Shown: in pieces, positions 1 through 13,425 of the stretch | Numbering within the stretch: position 1 is the first letter of the stretch | Layout: every line of letters starts with the position of its first letter | Assembly: GCF_963921235.1 (NCBI RefSeq) | Contig: NC_086108.1 | Coordinates: forward strand, 39,186,001 to 39,250,000 | Source of the DNA: Mobula hypostoma | Taxonomy: Eukaryota | Length of the DNA: 64,000 nucleotides | Direction: 5' to 3' | Program-made: the position numbers and the translations under genes | Notes under the pieces: generated by a model | Seen by the model: only the letters and a program-made list of their open reading frames with translations | The model's database searches: none | Told to the model about the DNA's origin: nothing

Positions 1-857
1 TGTTCGTATTTTGCATCCTATAGAACAATGACCTGGTCTGATTCTTGGGAGTCCCTCAATCCACCCTAAAATGGATCTCAATAAAATGCAAATAACCTAA
101 ACATCACCATGGTCACCAATAATCACCATGAAGGAAATATAACAACAAAGCATCATGTCTTTTCAAGTCAACAGATGTCACACCACTGAAACAAAACACC
201 CATAAATGGATATTCAACCAATGAAGGAAGTAAAAATTCTTTGTCAGACTATGATTTGCTTTTTAGCAATAGCCCATGCTTACACTGATAAACCATTAAA
301 AAGTAAGAAATTAATTGGCATAAAGTCTTGGCAACTCTGCAGGTTTTATTATCTGGGTTACATGGCAGATGTGTTTCCAAGACTAGGAATAGCACAAGTC
401 ATTAACATCAGGTGTGGTCTCATTGCAAGAATCCTTGCACTTAAAACCAGAGCAGCAGAAAATTGCAGGCTATGTACACACAAAATGTGGGCAGCTTCCA
501 TGTAAGCCGTCAGTGCCTGAGTGGTATCATCTTCAAGGCTAACCCACACATTAAAGATGTCGAGGGAACAAGCAAACTTGGCCTTAGCCCATGTTGCTTT
601 GGCAGCAATTGCAGACAGCCTGCAAAGCAGCCATCTGAGCATAGTGAGTTTGAACACAGCAAAAGCACTTTGTATGTAATCCCTAGAGTAGGTAGAAATC
701 ATTTCTCTGTGGCTGACCCAGCTTAAACACGCACCTTGATGATGCAACCAAATTAAAAATAAAGATTAAGTTTTTATACACACAAACATTATAGCCCCAA
801 GGTAAGACACATCTTGCAATAAAAAGAAACAAATAAAACCACAATTTTCCAAAAATG

Positions 858-975
858 TAGTAGAAACATAGAAAACCTATAGCATAATACAGGCCCTTCA
901 GCCCACAGTGCTGTGCCAAACACATACTTACTTTAGAAATTACCTAGGGTTACCCATAGACCTCTATTTTTCAAG
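858..975 (-). mobile_element. CR1 LINE 3' end fragment
   Basis: Reads tagaaacatagaaaacc...acaggcccttcagcccaca on +, the reverse complement of the CR1 3' hairpin and microsatellite tail seen elsewhere in the window. Confidence 0.65.
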
Positions 976-2444
976 CAATTTTTTGCAATTAATATAAACA
1001 GGTTTTAAGCTGTACCTACTCAAAACAATGGCTTGCTCACTGTTGTTTTTAAATCACTCAGCTCCATATAATCAAATGTAACTTGCTCTAACAATAGAAC
1101 CTATCTTGGTGTTCCGCTTTCTTCCACTCAAACTATTCCAAGAAGAACGTAATGAAAATAATTATGTGGTGCAGCTTTCATGTTGGCATGGGATAACAAC
1201 CTGCAAGGTAGTGACTGAGGTCATCGTCATTAATGAAGACTTGAGACAACATCACATTGAATAAACTTAGAAATTTAACTATCACCTTTACAGAATCCCA
1301 ACAGCAAACCAATAACCCCTAATGAAGGGAACACAAAATGTTGGAAAATTACTTCAGAAGCAAGTTGATGACTTCCTATTCAAGAATACTAAAGGGACTA
1401 GCTGAACCAATAGGGAGAGAAAAATTAAACAGCAAATTAGTTTGCCCTGGGAAATGTGTTTATCTGCACAGGAAGAGGAGTGGTTAAGCAACCATTCATC
1501 ATATGTCAACAAATCCTCAGAGGAGATCACATATCACATGTTCCTCTTTTTTGCCAGTCTGATATTACTTCAAGATATTCAGTATAATTTAAAGATATTG
1601 AGAAAATATGTTGCAACAGCATTTCTCTTCCCATTTATTGCTGCCAACCTAGCTCAGGGAATAGCTGCTTACTTAAACTATCACAAGTAATAATCTTCGA
1701 GTACCTGGATGAGATGCCCAAACGCCATAAGAAAGAAAGAAAACTCAAAGATTGCATTTTAATTATAGATCCATCTCAAACAATTAAATTTTTTTTCAAA
1801 TCAAGTTTCTTATTTCTTTTTCAGTTTTAATCAAAGTACATTAGCAGTCATTGGTACTTGGATTGTGAGATAGAGTCACATTTCCTGAATTAGTATCTTT
1901 TTTAAAAGCTTCATATTAACTCAGACAAGATGCACCAATAAAAATCATTCATTTGGACTTCAATTCAAAAAAATTACATTGAAGTACTGCAGTTTGCCAT
2001 ATTACATAGCCTACATTAATTTCTAATTTACTTTAGTACATTTTTTCTTCTGTTATTTATGACATCTTGCAAGATTCTTCTATACTGGGCACAACTAATG
2101 GTCAAAAAATAAAAATTCAAATCATGACTCATGTACTTTTGTCTCTAGTATTGGCATGTGTTTATATTCAAGATGGATTTTAAACTTCAATCGCCCTTCA
2201 TGGGATTTATTTCAAATGCTTCAAGATGCACAAAAATGACACATTTTTATAAAGCCTATGAACACTTATCATTCACTATCCATAAGATCACCTTGGAATT
2301 CCCAACATAGTAAATGCTTCACACTTCCTACAATCCCCAGTCAAGATTCTTCCAAAATTTTTTAAACACAAAAGGGAAAATTTGGTTAACTATTCCAGTT
2401 TCATCCTAAAATGAACACACAGCCTAATAAGTTAATAAACATTT

Positions 2445-3365
2445 ACATAGAATAGTATAGCAGAGCCTTAGCTCCATGATTGTGCTGACCACAATGCCAA
2501 TCTAATCATTCCCACTTGCCCCCACAGTCTATATCCCACCATTCCCTCCTGGTTCATATGCCTGTCTAAATGCTCTTCAACATTGCTCTCTCAGCTCCTT
2601 CCAACACTTTCCCTGGCAGTGCATTCCAGTTCCTACCACTCTTTGTGTGATGAATTGCTTTGTACACCTACTTTAATCTTCCCCCTTCACCTCAGACTGT
2701 ATCCTTTAATGTTAGGCATTTCCACCCAGGGGAATAAAAAACAATGACTACTTACCCTATACCTTTCATGATTTTATATTCTTCTGTCAATTTGTCCCTC
2801 AACATCTAACACTGGAAAGCATTCCAAGTTTGTCCAATCTTCTTCTTAAAGCTAAAAATCTCTAATCCAAACATTTTCATGAACCCTTCTGTATCATCTG
2901 CAAAGCATCTGCATCATTCCTGCAACCATGCTGCACACAATACTCCAAATGTGTCCAAACTGAAGGATTAATAGGAGCTGGAGGGACAACGCATCTTTCC
3001 AACACAGAAAATGTAACATACGCAGCATCATGGAGGAAGTAGTTGAGGCAATTAGATAGGAAAAGTTAAAAAGCATAAGGGCAAAAGCAGGCAAATGAGA
3101 CAAGCCTGCATGGGCATCTTGGTTGCAAGGCCCAGTTGGGCCATAGGGCTTGCATCTGTACTATAAGAACCTACAACTCTATAACCAAAGTTTTTATACA
3201 GGGGTAACGTGCCTCCTCAACTTTTATACTCAACATTCCAAGTGATGAAGGCAAGTGTGCTGAAAGCCCCCTTTACTATCCTATCTACATTTACTGCCAC
3301 TTCGAAGGAGCTTTCAACATGCAGCCCAATATTCCGAGATACATCAATATTCCTCAGGGTCATTG
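2445..3365 (-). mobile_element. Old CR1 LINE 3' region with a nested opposite-strand CR1 3' fragment (~2960-3180)
   Basis: Decayed CR1 3' UTR/ORF2 end motifs (ccctggcagtgcattccag; ctgcacacaatactccaa). Nested + strand tail gggccatagggcttgcatctgtactata. Confidence 0.6.
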
Positions 3366-4256
3366 CCACTTAATTTTTTTTACTGTACTTGCCAATTATA
3401 AAACTTGTGCACAATTCTAGTGGTTACAAACATGTTCAGTTCATTCATTTGGAATGCCAGTTGAAGAACCAGAAAATATGTTTCACTGGAAGCATCACTT
3501 AAAAAATAACTTCAACTAATGCCCCAAATCAATTCTGCAAACGAGTTCATAATTTTTGAGGAGGAAATAAAAAAAAGGATATTGCAGAAGTAATATGATC
3601 CCTTCTTGACAAATCTTGGCCAAATATCAGGTCACAACACAAGAACCTGCATTTATACGCAGTGCAGAAATAACTAAATATGTTCTACTACAGGTTTCCC
3701 CCGCCATCCGAAGGTAGAGCGTTCCTATGAAACAGTTCGTAAGCCGAAATGTCGTAAAGCGAAGAACCAATTACCATTTATTTATATGGGAAAATTTTGT
3801 GAGAGTTCGCAGACCCAAAAATAACCTACCAAATCATGCCAAATAACACATAAAACCTAAAATAACAGTAACATATAGTAAAAGCAGGAATGATATGATA
3901 AATACACAGCCTATATAAAGTAGAAATACTTCTCTACAACGATTGCCTGCACAGATCTCCGTAGCGAAAATCTCACACAAGCGCTCTCGGCAGAAAATCT
4001 CACGCAAGCGCTGTTGGCATAAACGCGCTCTCCAGTAACCTTTAAACTATGAAGCTGCCAAATCTACCAAATAACACGTAAAAATACACAGCTTATATAA
4101 AGTAGAAATAACGTATGTACAGTGTAGTATCACTTACCGGAATTGGGAAGACATAGAGCACACTGATTATGGTGTGTTAGACTGAGTCGTCACAGGTTGG
4201 GTTGTGCAGTGGCCCCCACCCTCCAGGCCGCCGACCGATATATTGCTGCGAAGTAC

Positions 4257-4490
4257 GCAGGGATAGCCGGGAGGCACACAGCACATCTTTAAGAAAAAAG
4301 CCAAAATAAACATGCTAATTAAATAGGTGTTGCCCGGCACATAAATGTCGGCACAGATCAGAGGCGATTGCCGATTGCATCGGCACTGATCTGGGCCGAC
4401 AATTACGTGCTAGGCAGCACCTAATTAATTAGCATGTTTATTTCGGCTTTTTTCTTAAAGATGTGCTGTGTGCCTCCCGGCTACCGCTGC
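4257..4490. repeat. Long palindrome inside the Tigger element
   Basis: tagccgggaggcacacagcacatctttaagaaaaaagcc... (from 4264) is mirrored by ...ggcttttttcttaaagatgtgctgtgtgcctcccggcta (to 4483). Centre near 4372. Confidence 0.95.
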
Positions 4491-5083
4491 ATTTTCTGCG
4501 AATCGGTACAGTATCTGTCTGGGGCCTGGGGGTTGGGGTGGTGGGACACGGGGGTGTCATCTCATCGTCGATCAGGGCAGGCAGCTCATCTTCTCCTATG
4601 ACTGTCTGCCTCGATGTTGAAGGTCGAGGTTCGTCGTCTGCTGTGGCTGATGTGGAAGGCTTGCTTGACTGCTGAGCCTCAAGCATTTTTATATCACACA
4701 GTTCTTTGTAAGAACTCAAAACATCCTGCAAATATCCCCTAAACCTACGTATCCTTTCAAAATTAAAGTCGTACTTTATCATTGCAGCGAAAATCTCACG
4801 CAGTTGCTTCACGTTCAGTTCCTGGACGACTTCACTTTCGCTACTGCATTCGGTTTCCATTGTTATTCTTTCCTCTTCCAATTGCATCAGCTCTTCATCT
4901 ATCAGTTCTTGGTCACGGGATGCCAAAACCTCTTCAACATCATCTTCGTCAGCTTCCACAAGCCAAACCCACTTTGTCCTTGCTTCGTTCACCACGATTG
5001 AAACGCTTATTTATGTCTAGTTTTACGCTAAGTGTAACACCCTTACGAGGTCTTTCAGGCTTTTCCGACACCTTAGAACTCAT
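4438..5083 (-). pseudogene. Tigger transposase remnant: CENP-B/psq HTH start joined out of frame to the acidic C-terminal region; DDE core deleted
   Basis: ATG at 5083 gives MSSKVSEKPERPRKGVTLSVKLDINKRFNRGERSKD (psq HTH-like). ORF 4438-4995 contains DEDDVEEVLASRDQELIDEELMQLEE...YDFNFER...LSSYKEL, like TIGD1/Tigger C-termini. Confidence 0.85.
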
Positions 5084-5454
5084 CTTGCAAATGGCTGCTC
5101 ACAGGCTCGTGTTTAAGCAATGCCGTTCCAAACCCGGGGGAGAGCGGCTGCTCGGGGTGCGCGCTGCCTTTCTTCGTAACAGTGAAAACACCTGCTGAAA
5201 GCGAAAACAGGGTACTAATGTAGGTCTTTCGTAACAGTGAGGTTTTGTAAAGCGAACGTTCGAAAAGTGGGCGACACCTGTATTGTGATTATAGCCATGC
5301 CATTATATGTAGCAACAAACAGCATATACAAACAGTATATGGTGTCTCCATGTACAGTACTGTTGTTTTTATAACCAATTTATCCAAATGCGCCTCTGCT
5401 AACTGGCAACCTGCTAAATGTAATTCTGAAAATTCATAGAACATAACTTTTGAG

Positions 5455-5800
5455 TTAGAACAGTACAGCACAGAGAAAGGCCCTTCCGCCTACAATGTTG
5501 TACTGAACTAGCTAAAGAGTACATCAAAAAATCCCCTATCACAAATCCTTCCTACCTACAAAATGCTCATATTGCTCCTTCTTTCTTATATTCATTGCCT
5601 GCCTGAACATCTCTTAAAAGCCTCTAATGTATTTGCCTCTACCACCAAACCAGACAGCTCATTCCAGGCATCCAACACTCTGAGTAAAAAAAAACTTGCC
5701 CCTCACATCCCGTTTGAACCTACTCCCTCTCACCTTCAATGCATGCCCTCTGTTATATTGACCTTTCCACCCTGTGAAAGAAAGATACTCCCTCTCTACT
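5455..5800 (-). mobile_element. CR1 LINE 3' fragment
   Basis: agaacagtacagcacagagaaaggcccttc and cagctcattccaggcatccaacactctgagtaaaaaa are reverse-complement CR1 3' motifs. Confidence 0.7.
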
Positions 5801-5942
5801 CTTGAGCTCATGAGAACAGTTACCTCTGGATTTAAAAAGTGAGTGGGGCCAGGCCAGTTATAACTTTCTGCAGAGCTTGAGACTGTTTGAGTGATTAGAC
5901 AATGGGAAGAGCCAATAAAACCAAGTGAGGCTTAAGTGAGTA

Positions 5943-6638
5943 ACACATACAAAATGCTGGAAGAAATCTGCAGGTCAGATAGCATCTTTGTAAAGAAATA
6001 AAGAGTTGATGTTTTGGGCTGAGACCCTTCATCAGGACTGGAAATGAAGGGAGAAGAAGCCAGAATAAGTAGGTGTTGGAGCGGAAGGAGTACAAGCTAG
6101 AAGGTGAAAGGTGAAGCCAGGAGGGTGGGGGATGGGAAGGGGGAAATGAAGTGAGAAACTGGGATGCGATAGGTGGAAAAGGTAAAGAATGAAGAAAGAA
6201 TCTCATAGGAGAGGAGAGTGGACCACAGGAGAAAGGGAAGGAGGAGGGGTACCAGGGGAAATGAAAGGCAGGTGAGGAGAAGAGAAGGGGTAAGAGGGGA
6301 GCCAGGGTGGGGAATGGACGATGGGGGAAAAGTTTGCGGGAAAAATGTGCTGGATGTTACAGAAATTGATATTCATGCCATCAACTTGGAGGCTACCCAG
6401 ACGGAATATGTAGTGTTGCTCCTCCAACCTGTGAGTGGCCTTATGGTGGCAGTAAATGAGCCCATGGGAATGGGGACTATGGACTTGTCACGTCAGAATG
6501 GAAATTTGACATTTTCCCCCATCATCCATTCCCCACTCTGGCTCTCCTCTTACCTCTTCTCCTCACCTGCAATTCACTTCCCCTGGTACCCCTCTTCCTT
6601 TCCTTTCTCCCGTGGTCCACTCTCCTCTCCTATGAGAT
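5943..6638 (-). mobile_element. Penelope-like element (PLE) 3' fragment with 5' inversion
   Basis: ORF 6203-6427 begins EEQHYIFRLGSLQVDGMNINF (C-terminus of a PLE GIY-YIG endonuclease). Decayed hammerhead core at 6004-6040. 6512-6638 is an inverted copy of ~6200-6330. Confidence 0.8.
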
Positions 6639-6639
6639 C

Positions 6640-8587
6640 AGGTTCCAGAGCATTAGCCAGAATGGACTTAGGAGACCTAGAAGGGGACATGAGAACGCCT
6701 TGCCAAGTAGGATTAAAGTAAACCCCAAGGTTTTCTGCAGGTACAGGACATGATAAACAGCAGGATAATTAAGGTGAGACTAGAAGCCACTAGAGATAAA
6801 AGAGGAAATGTGGCTAGACTTGGAGGAGTTAGGAAAGGTCCTTAATATATACTTTGCTTCTACATTCCCCAGTTAGAATAGAGTTTCTCAATTTGAAGTC
6901 CATGCACCCCTCGGTTGATGGTAGTAGTCCATGGCATAAAAAAGGTTGGGAACCCCTGAGCTAGAGGGACCTTGAAGAATGTGAGGACAGCATAAAACGG
7001 GCTGATATGCTGGAATGTATTAAGAAAGAGGATGTGCTGGAATATTTGGGTCCAGACAGGATATACCTCAGATTTCTACAGGAAGTTAAGGATGAGAATA
7101 CTGTGCCTTTGACAATCACCTTTGCATTCTCAATGGTTATCGAGTAGTACCAGAAGATTGGCAGATGGCAAATATTAATTCTATTTGTTCCATTTGTTCA
7201 AGAAAGGTAATAAGGATAACCTAGGAATTATAGGCAAGCGAGTCTTCATGTCGGTGGTAGGCAAACTTTCCCAGAGGACAGAATTCATGAGCATTTGAAG
7301 AAGCAGCGTCTGATAAGAGATAGTCAACATGGCTTTGTGAGCAGCAGGCCTGATTGAATTCTTTGTGGAAGTGATAAAAGAAATTGATGAAGGCAGAGCA
7401 GTGTACATGATGTACAGTAGAGTATATGGATTTTTTAAGGTGTTCAAGAAGGTATCCCATAGTGTCTTTATAGAAAGTCAGGAAGCTTGAGATCCAGGGA
7501 AACTTGGTTGCATGGGTTTAGAAATGGCTTGCCCACAGAAAGCAGTGGCTGGTAATAGAGGAGCATATTTTGCTTGGGGGTCAGTGACCAGTGGTGTTCT
7601 GCACAGATCTGTTCTAGGACCCCTGCTGTTCGTGGATTTTTTTTTATATAAATAACTTGAATTAGTAAAAGTGGAAGAGCGGATCAGAAAATTTGCAGAT
7701 GACACGAAGGTTGATGGTGTTGCCCTTAGTGTAAAAAGTTGTAAGTTATTGTTGGTCACAATGGGATATAGACAAAACTCAGGATTGGGCACAGATGTGG
7801 CAGATGTAGTTAAATCAAACAAAGTTTTGGAAGGTGAGACCTGATAGCAGAGTACAGGGGTAATGGCATGACTCTTAGAAGTGTGGGGGAACAGAGGGAT
7901 CCTGAGGGCTGCATCCATAGAAGCGTGCAAATTGATAGAGTTGTTAAGAAGGCATATGGTGCGTTGCTCTTCATTAGTTAGGAAAATGAGCTCAACAGCC
8001 GCAAGGTAATGTTGCAGCTTGATAAAACTCTGGTTAGGCCACAGCATTGTGTTCATTTCTGGTCTCCTCACACAGGAAGGATGTGGAAGCCCTAGAAAGA
8101 GTGCAGAGATTTACCAGGCTGCTGCCAGGATTAGAAAGCATGACTTAGGAGCAAAAGTTGAGCAAGCTAGGGCTTTTCTCCTTGTCGCAAAGGAGGATGA
8201 GTGGTGACTTGATAGAGATGTAGAAGATGATGAGAGGCTTGGAGAGAGTGGCTAGCTAGAGACTTTTTCCCAGGGTGAAAACAGCTAGTACAAAGGGGCA
8301 TCATTTTAAGGTGATCGGAGAAAAGTGGAGGAAAGTATAGGGGGCATGTCAAAGGCAGAATTTTTTTTAATATACACAGAGAGTCATGGGTGTATGGAAC
8401 ATCCTGCCATGGGTAGTGGTGAGGGAGAAATATTATGTACATTTATGAGATTCTTAGATAGATACATGGATGAAAAAAAATGGAAGGCTATGTGGGAGGG
8501 AAGGATTAGATTGATCTAAGTTAAGAGGTTGGCACAACATCATGGGCCAAAGGGCCTGTACTGTACACTACTGTTTTATGTTATATG
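6640..8587 (+). mobile_element. Decayed CR1 LINE (ORF2 RT region to 3' tail)
   Basis: Recognisable RT pieces: ccagaagattggcagatggcaaat (PEDW..AN), ggaattataggc (GNYR), aaatttgcagatgacacgaag (KFADDTK). 3' tail gggccaaagggcctgtactgtac. Many stops and frameshifts. Confidence 0.9.
6879..6958. mobile_element. 80-bp hAT (Charlie-type) MITE inserted in CR1
   Basis: Ends in aaaaggttgggaacccctg. Flanks agttagaa / agctagag resemble an 8-bp TSD. Same family as 26522-26601. Confidence 0.7.
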
Positions 8588-9099
8588 TTAATACAACAAA
8601 ACAATATAGTCCTCTGTGTTTAACAGATGGGGGGGGGCAAAAATAATGACAGTTTTCTCCACATGGAACTTGTGAAAGATCTGAGCAAGAGAATAAACAA
8701 AACAAGTCATAGAAGAAACAAAGAAATCCTCTGTAAATCATTATTAAATTATCAAAGGGTATAGCCCCGATACCGTTGATGTACCTCTCAAGGTAATGTA
8801 ATTTTATAGAAATTAGCAAAGTTGATTGGACATTAGAATAAGCTTCTTAAGTCAGCAGCTGAGTTGTGACACAGAGCAGAAATAATGATGCTTTAGCTGC
8901 ATTACCGTCAGAAACCAAGCTGCCAAAATAGGCAGGTGGTATCAACACTCTTGCTTTGTACCACTTGACAGTGTACACCATCAATATTAACTATGGGGGT
9001 AACCTGAATCACAGAATTCAGAGCAGCATACAAGAAAAGAAATGCATAACACACACAATCAAAAAAATTTAACAGATTATAAATCACTAGTATTTCTAA

Positions 9100-9520
9100 C
9101 CACATCCAAAGCAATGGCAGCAAGAGCATCTTCCTCTCTTCTAGTCCCTTCAACAGAACTACATCCTTTGCCCCAATACCTTTCCACACAAAAAATGTTC
9201 CATCCCTGAAATACAAATCCCGGCTGAAGCAGTGATTTATTTGTTATTCTTTCAATTTAACATTCTTCATTTCCTGCTCACAATGCAGTATCCTGTCCAA
9301 CAGGGAATAAAATGCAGATTGGGTGTATGTCTTACAAAATACCTCCTTTCAACATTATAGCTGCTTGTTCCTTAAATTCTTCATCCCACTTACTTTGACC
9401 TTCTTGGTTCCCATCTTTCACCTTGTTCTAAAGAAGCTGAACATAAACATAATAAAGAACACATTATCCCACTACTAAATAGGTAATTTCGGGGCTTAAG
9501 TTCAACAATTTTGGATACCG
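9100..9520 (+). mobile_element. Very old PLE GIY-YIG region remnant
   Basis: Decayed similarity to the younger PLE copies, e.g. gaagctgaacataaacataataaagaacacattatc...gggcttaagttcaacaatttt. Confidence 0.4.
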
Positions 9521-10163
9521 CATTTTCATGTACGAATTGCCAGTGTTTTTATTCTTGTAATGTTAGATAATTATTCTCCTTCCCCAATTTACATCTTCTG
9601 CAGACTATCTTACTGTTCTATTGCTATCACCTTCTTCCATCTTGAACGATTATTCTGGTTCTCATTCAACTTCCACCCCAACACAGACCTTTTTGATACT
9701 TTTCCCCCTCCCAAATTTTTGTATGTGCTCAAGCACCCCTTTCTGTAACTTTTTGAATTTTGTTGAGAGGTTACCAATCCAAGGCATTGACTTCACTTCT
9801 CTCTCCTTAGGTGCTGCCTGATCTGATAAATATTTCCAATACTTTCTGTCTTCAATGCAGTTCAGAGCTAACCTTTGTTTGGAAAACAATCCATTTGGAA
9901 TCTACTTATGTGGAACATCTATTTTGTAAACATTATTTTCACCAAGCTTAATGAAACTTATTTTAGTGAATGTTCTATATATCATTAAGAGAGAGCTGAA
10001 TATAAATTAGCATCACTTCACACATTCAGCAAGCTCCATGCAAACCTGTCACACCTGGAAATCCCAACAATAATATTGGTTGGAGTACTTCCTCAACATT
10101 AAAATATGAATTGGTCACTTTGGGCTCAATAAGGACTTGAGGACGAACTATTGATTAGTTTTG

Positions 10164-11171
10164 TGGCAGACCACAGTACGTGTGCTTGCAACGCTGCGTG
10201 TCCGACAGAGTAATCAGCAGCACTGGGGCTCCACAGGGGACTGTCTTGTCTCCCTTTCTCTTCACCATTTACATCTCGGACTTCAACTACTGCACAGAGT
10301 CTTGTCATCTTCAGAAGTTTTCTGATGACTCTGCCATAGTTGGATGCATCAGCAACGGAGATGAGGCTGAGTACAGGGCTACGGTAGGAAACTTTGTCAC
10401 ATGGTGTGAGCAGAATTATCTGCAGCTTAATGTGAAAAAGACTAAGGAGCTGGTGGTAGACCTGAGAAGAGCTAAGGTACCGGTGACCCCTGTTTCCATG
10501 CAGGGGGTCAGGGTGGACATGGTGGAGGATTACAAATACCTGGGGATACAAATTGACAATAAACTGGACTGGTCAAAGAACACTGAGGCTGTCTACAAGA
10601 AGGGTCAGAGCCGTCTCTGCTTCCTGAGGAGACTGAGGTCCTTTAACATCTGCTGGACGATGCTGAGGATGTTCTATGAGTCTGTGGTGGCCAGTGTGAT
10701 CATGTTTGCTGTTGTGTGCTGGAGCAGCAGGCTGAGGGTAGCAGACACCAACAGAATCAACAAACTTATTCGTAAGGCCAGTGATGTTGTGGGGATGGAA
10801 CTGGTCTCTCTCACGATGGTGTCTGAAAAGAGGATGCTGTCCAAGTTGCATGCCATCTTGGACAATGTCTCCCATCCACTACATAATGTACTGGTTGGGC
10901 ACAGGTGTACGTTCAGCCATAGACTCATTCCACCGAGATGCAACACAGAGCGTCGTAGAAAGTCATTTCCACCTGTGGCCATCAAACTTTACAACTCGTC
11001 CTTTGGAGGGTCAGACACCCTGAGCCAATAGGCCGGTCCTGGACTTATTTCCTGGCATAATTTACATATTACTATTTAACTATTTATGGTTTTATTACTA
11101 TTTATTATTTATGGTGCAACTGTAACGAAAACCAATTTCCCCCGGGATCAATAAAGTATGACTATGACTAT
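10164..11171 (+). mobile_element. 5'-truncated Rex1/Babar LINE (young family A)
   Basis: ORF 10180-11031: STGAPQGTVLSPFLFTIY, KFSDDSAIVG, LNVKKTKELVVD, YKYLG. 3' end AATAAA plus (TATGAC)n tail. Confidence 0.95.
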
Positions 11172-11264
11172 TTTCCTTATGAAGGCCCATCATTTTAGCC
11201 CCAGCATAGTGGTACAAAAATTCCTCACATTTCAATATCTTCAATGCATCTATCTCCAGCCACT

Positions 11265-11632
11265 TAGAGTCATAGAGAAGTATAGCACAGAAACAAACCC
11301 TTCAGCACATCTAGTTCATGTCAAGCCATTTATACTGCCTACTCCCATCAACCTGCACCAGGACTATAGCCCTCCATATCCCTACCCCATGAACCTATCC
11401 AAACTTTTATTACACATTGAAATCATGTTCACATGCACCACTTGTGCCGGCAGCTCATTCCACACTCTAAACTACCCTCAGAGTGAGGAAGTTTCCCCTC
11501 ATGCTCCCCTTTCACCCTTAACCCATGACCTCTAGTTGTCGTCCCACCCAACCTCAGTGGAAAAAGCCTGCCTGTATTTACCTTATCTATACCTCATGAT
11601 TTTGTATGCCTCAATCAAATCTCCTCTCAATC
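11265..11632 (-). mobile_element. CR1 LINE 3' fragment
   Basis: agagtcatagagaagtatagcacagaaacaaacccttcagc tail. cagctcattccacactc and aaatctcctctcaatc are reverse-complement CR1 motifs. Confidence 0.75.
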
Positions 11633-12805
11633 ATTAAACAAATTCATCAAAAGATCAAAAGTAGAACCATTCACCAATGATCCATATTCAACTCTTTGTC
11701 AGGCAGTCCATGCTCCATGTACTAGGGATGCCCAGGTTTAGGGGGATAAACACCAAATAACAAGTCTGCCAAAGACATGTTTGGCATTGCCAAATCCTCC
11801 AGTATTTACATCTCTCAATCAAGGAATCTTACAGTCCAAGAGGAGGTTAATCTGCAGTCTTGAACATGTTCCGAGAAAGAAAGGTGTAATCAGCTTCTTC
11901 AGGTATACAACCAATATACTTCTGAAAATAACCATTGAAATTGCTTCTATTCTTTTGCCAAATTGATACCATCAGTCTATCAAAGAAAATGTTCTATTTC
12001 TCTCCAGGAGAATTCACTTTAATTCACTACCCCACTCTCATAATGGCATTCCTTCGAAGCCAATACAATTTCACAGATCAGCAATGGATAATCATACTAG
12101 GCACGTCACAGGTATTGGGACTTAATATCGAATCGAACAAATTTAGAAAACGTTCTTTTCAGTTTGTCTCAAAACTATAACATCACTTCCAAGAACTTAG
12201 TTTTTCTCTCTCCACAGATGCTGCCCAATCTGCTGGAAATATTCAATGTGCTGCTTTAGACAACTTAGGTAACTCAGACATTCCAGTGTTCTGCATAATT
12301 TCGCTCCTCTTTCTACCTTCCGACACAATTGTTTTCTCATTTCTTATGTTCCAATGAAGAGATATTGACCTGATACATTAATTTAGTTTCTTACTCCAAA
12401 GATGCTATCTAATCTGCTGAGTATTCCCAGCTGTTTTCTCATTTCTGGCAGCACATCAGCTAGCCGAAATGTTCAAGTAATGTACCATGGCTGTCTCTAC
12501 CTTTCCTTCCAGGTCATCAAAATATACATGTTTCAAGTCCCAGAACTCTCAATCACATAACGCAAGTGAGAACACATTCACCACATAACACTGCACAAAA
12601 ATCGCTCATCTCCATCCCCTCTTTAAACACATAACTCCCTCACGAATGCCAAACCAGGAGAGGGGTAAAAATCTTAATTGGTCCCAGGAGGAATGTTTAG
12701 ACCTATGACACAATTCACCGGCAATTACTGTAAATGAAGATATTATTTTCCATTCAGAATCAACTAGAGAAATTTAAATGCTAGAACAGAATAATTCCCT
12801 GTATA

Positions 12806-13425
12806 CATTGGAATCCGGTTAATTAGGCCATCTGCACTAGGTGTCTACGCTGATTTTGTTCATTTACAGTGAATGTGTTCTGGTTTCTAGTTCTAGTTCT
12901 GGTCAGTCTTTTTTGTTCCTACTTTTGGGCGATTTTTGAATCGTGACAGCCTGCAGATAACGAACAGTGCGCTGAACTGTACTGAACAATGCCTTTTGAT
13001 TTTGTGTTTTATATTCTGTATTTTCAACCTTTTTTTGTTGCAGTTTGCGTGATTTTTTTGCACGTGGGGGGAGGGGTTTGATGTTCGATGTTTTTCTTTG
13101 TATGGGTTGGTTCCATGGATCTTCTTTGTTTCGTGACTGTCTGTGGGGAAGATGAATTTCATGGTTGTATTCTGTATACATACTTCGATAATAAATGTAG
13201 TTTGAATCTTTGAAACAAAATAACACACAGCGATGAATTCCTCCATCGATAACCATTAGGAAATAGAGATTTAATAATACTCTAGTATTTGTAGCATTCT
13301 AATTTATTCTGTATTTCATTTAAATGCATAATTTGCTATTCCATGAAACTTTGAATAAATGAGGCAGCTGCTTATTTGGGCCAAAATGTACTGATCCCAA
13401 TGTGTCCCTATTAACCAGAACTCAA
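12806..13425. mobile_element. Decayed Tc1/mariner-superfamily (Tigger-like) MITE interrupted by a retroposon
   Basis: TA followed by cattggaatccggttaattagg at left. Degenerate inverted cctattaaccagaa at right. Confidence 0.45.
12885..13214 (+). mobile_element. Short retroposon or LINE 3' UTR with a Rex1-family-B-like tail
   Basis: Ends gataataaatgtagtttgaatctttgaa, matching the aataaatt.actttgaa tail of the Rex1-like copies. Confidence 0.55.

Larger units (their letters stand above)
3691..5280 (-). mobile_element. Internally deleted Tigger/pogo-family DNA transposon
   Basis: TA TSDs at 3689-3690 and 5281-5282. Imperfect TIRs (caggtttcccccgccatccgaa vs caggtgtcgcccacttttcgaa on the other strand). 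Transposase N- and C-terminal remnants on minus. Confidence 0.9.

Noticed and set aside
206..925. Cluster of overlapping 80-129 aa ORFs
   Set aside because: No recognisable domains or convincing splice signals; consistent with chance.
8908..9216. ORF with an acceptor-like tttcag, considered as a host exon
   Set aside because: Overlaps a decayed PLE remnant and has no recognisable protein.
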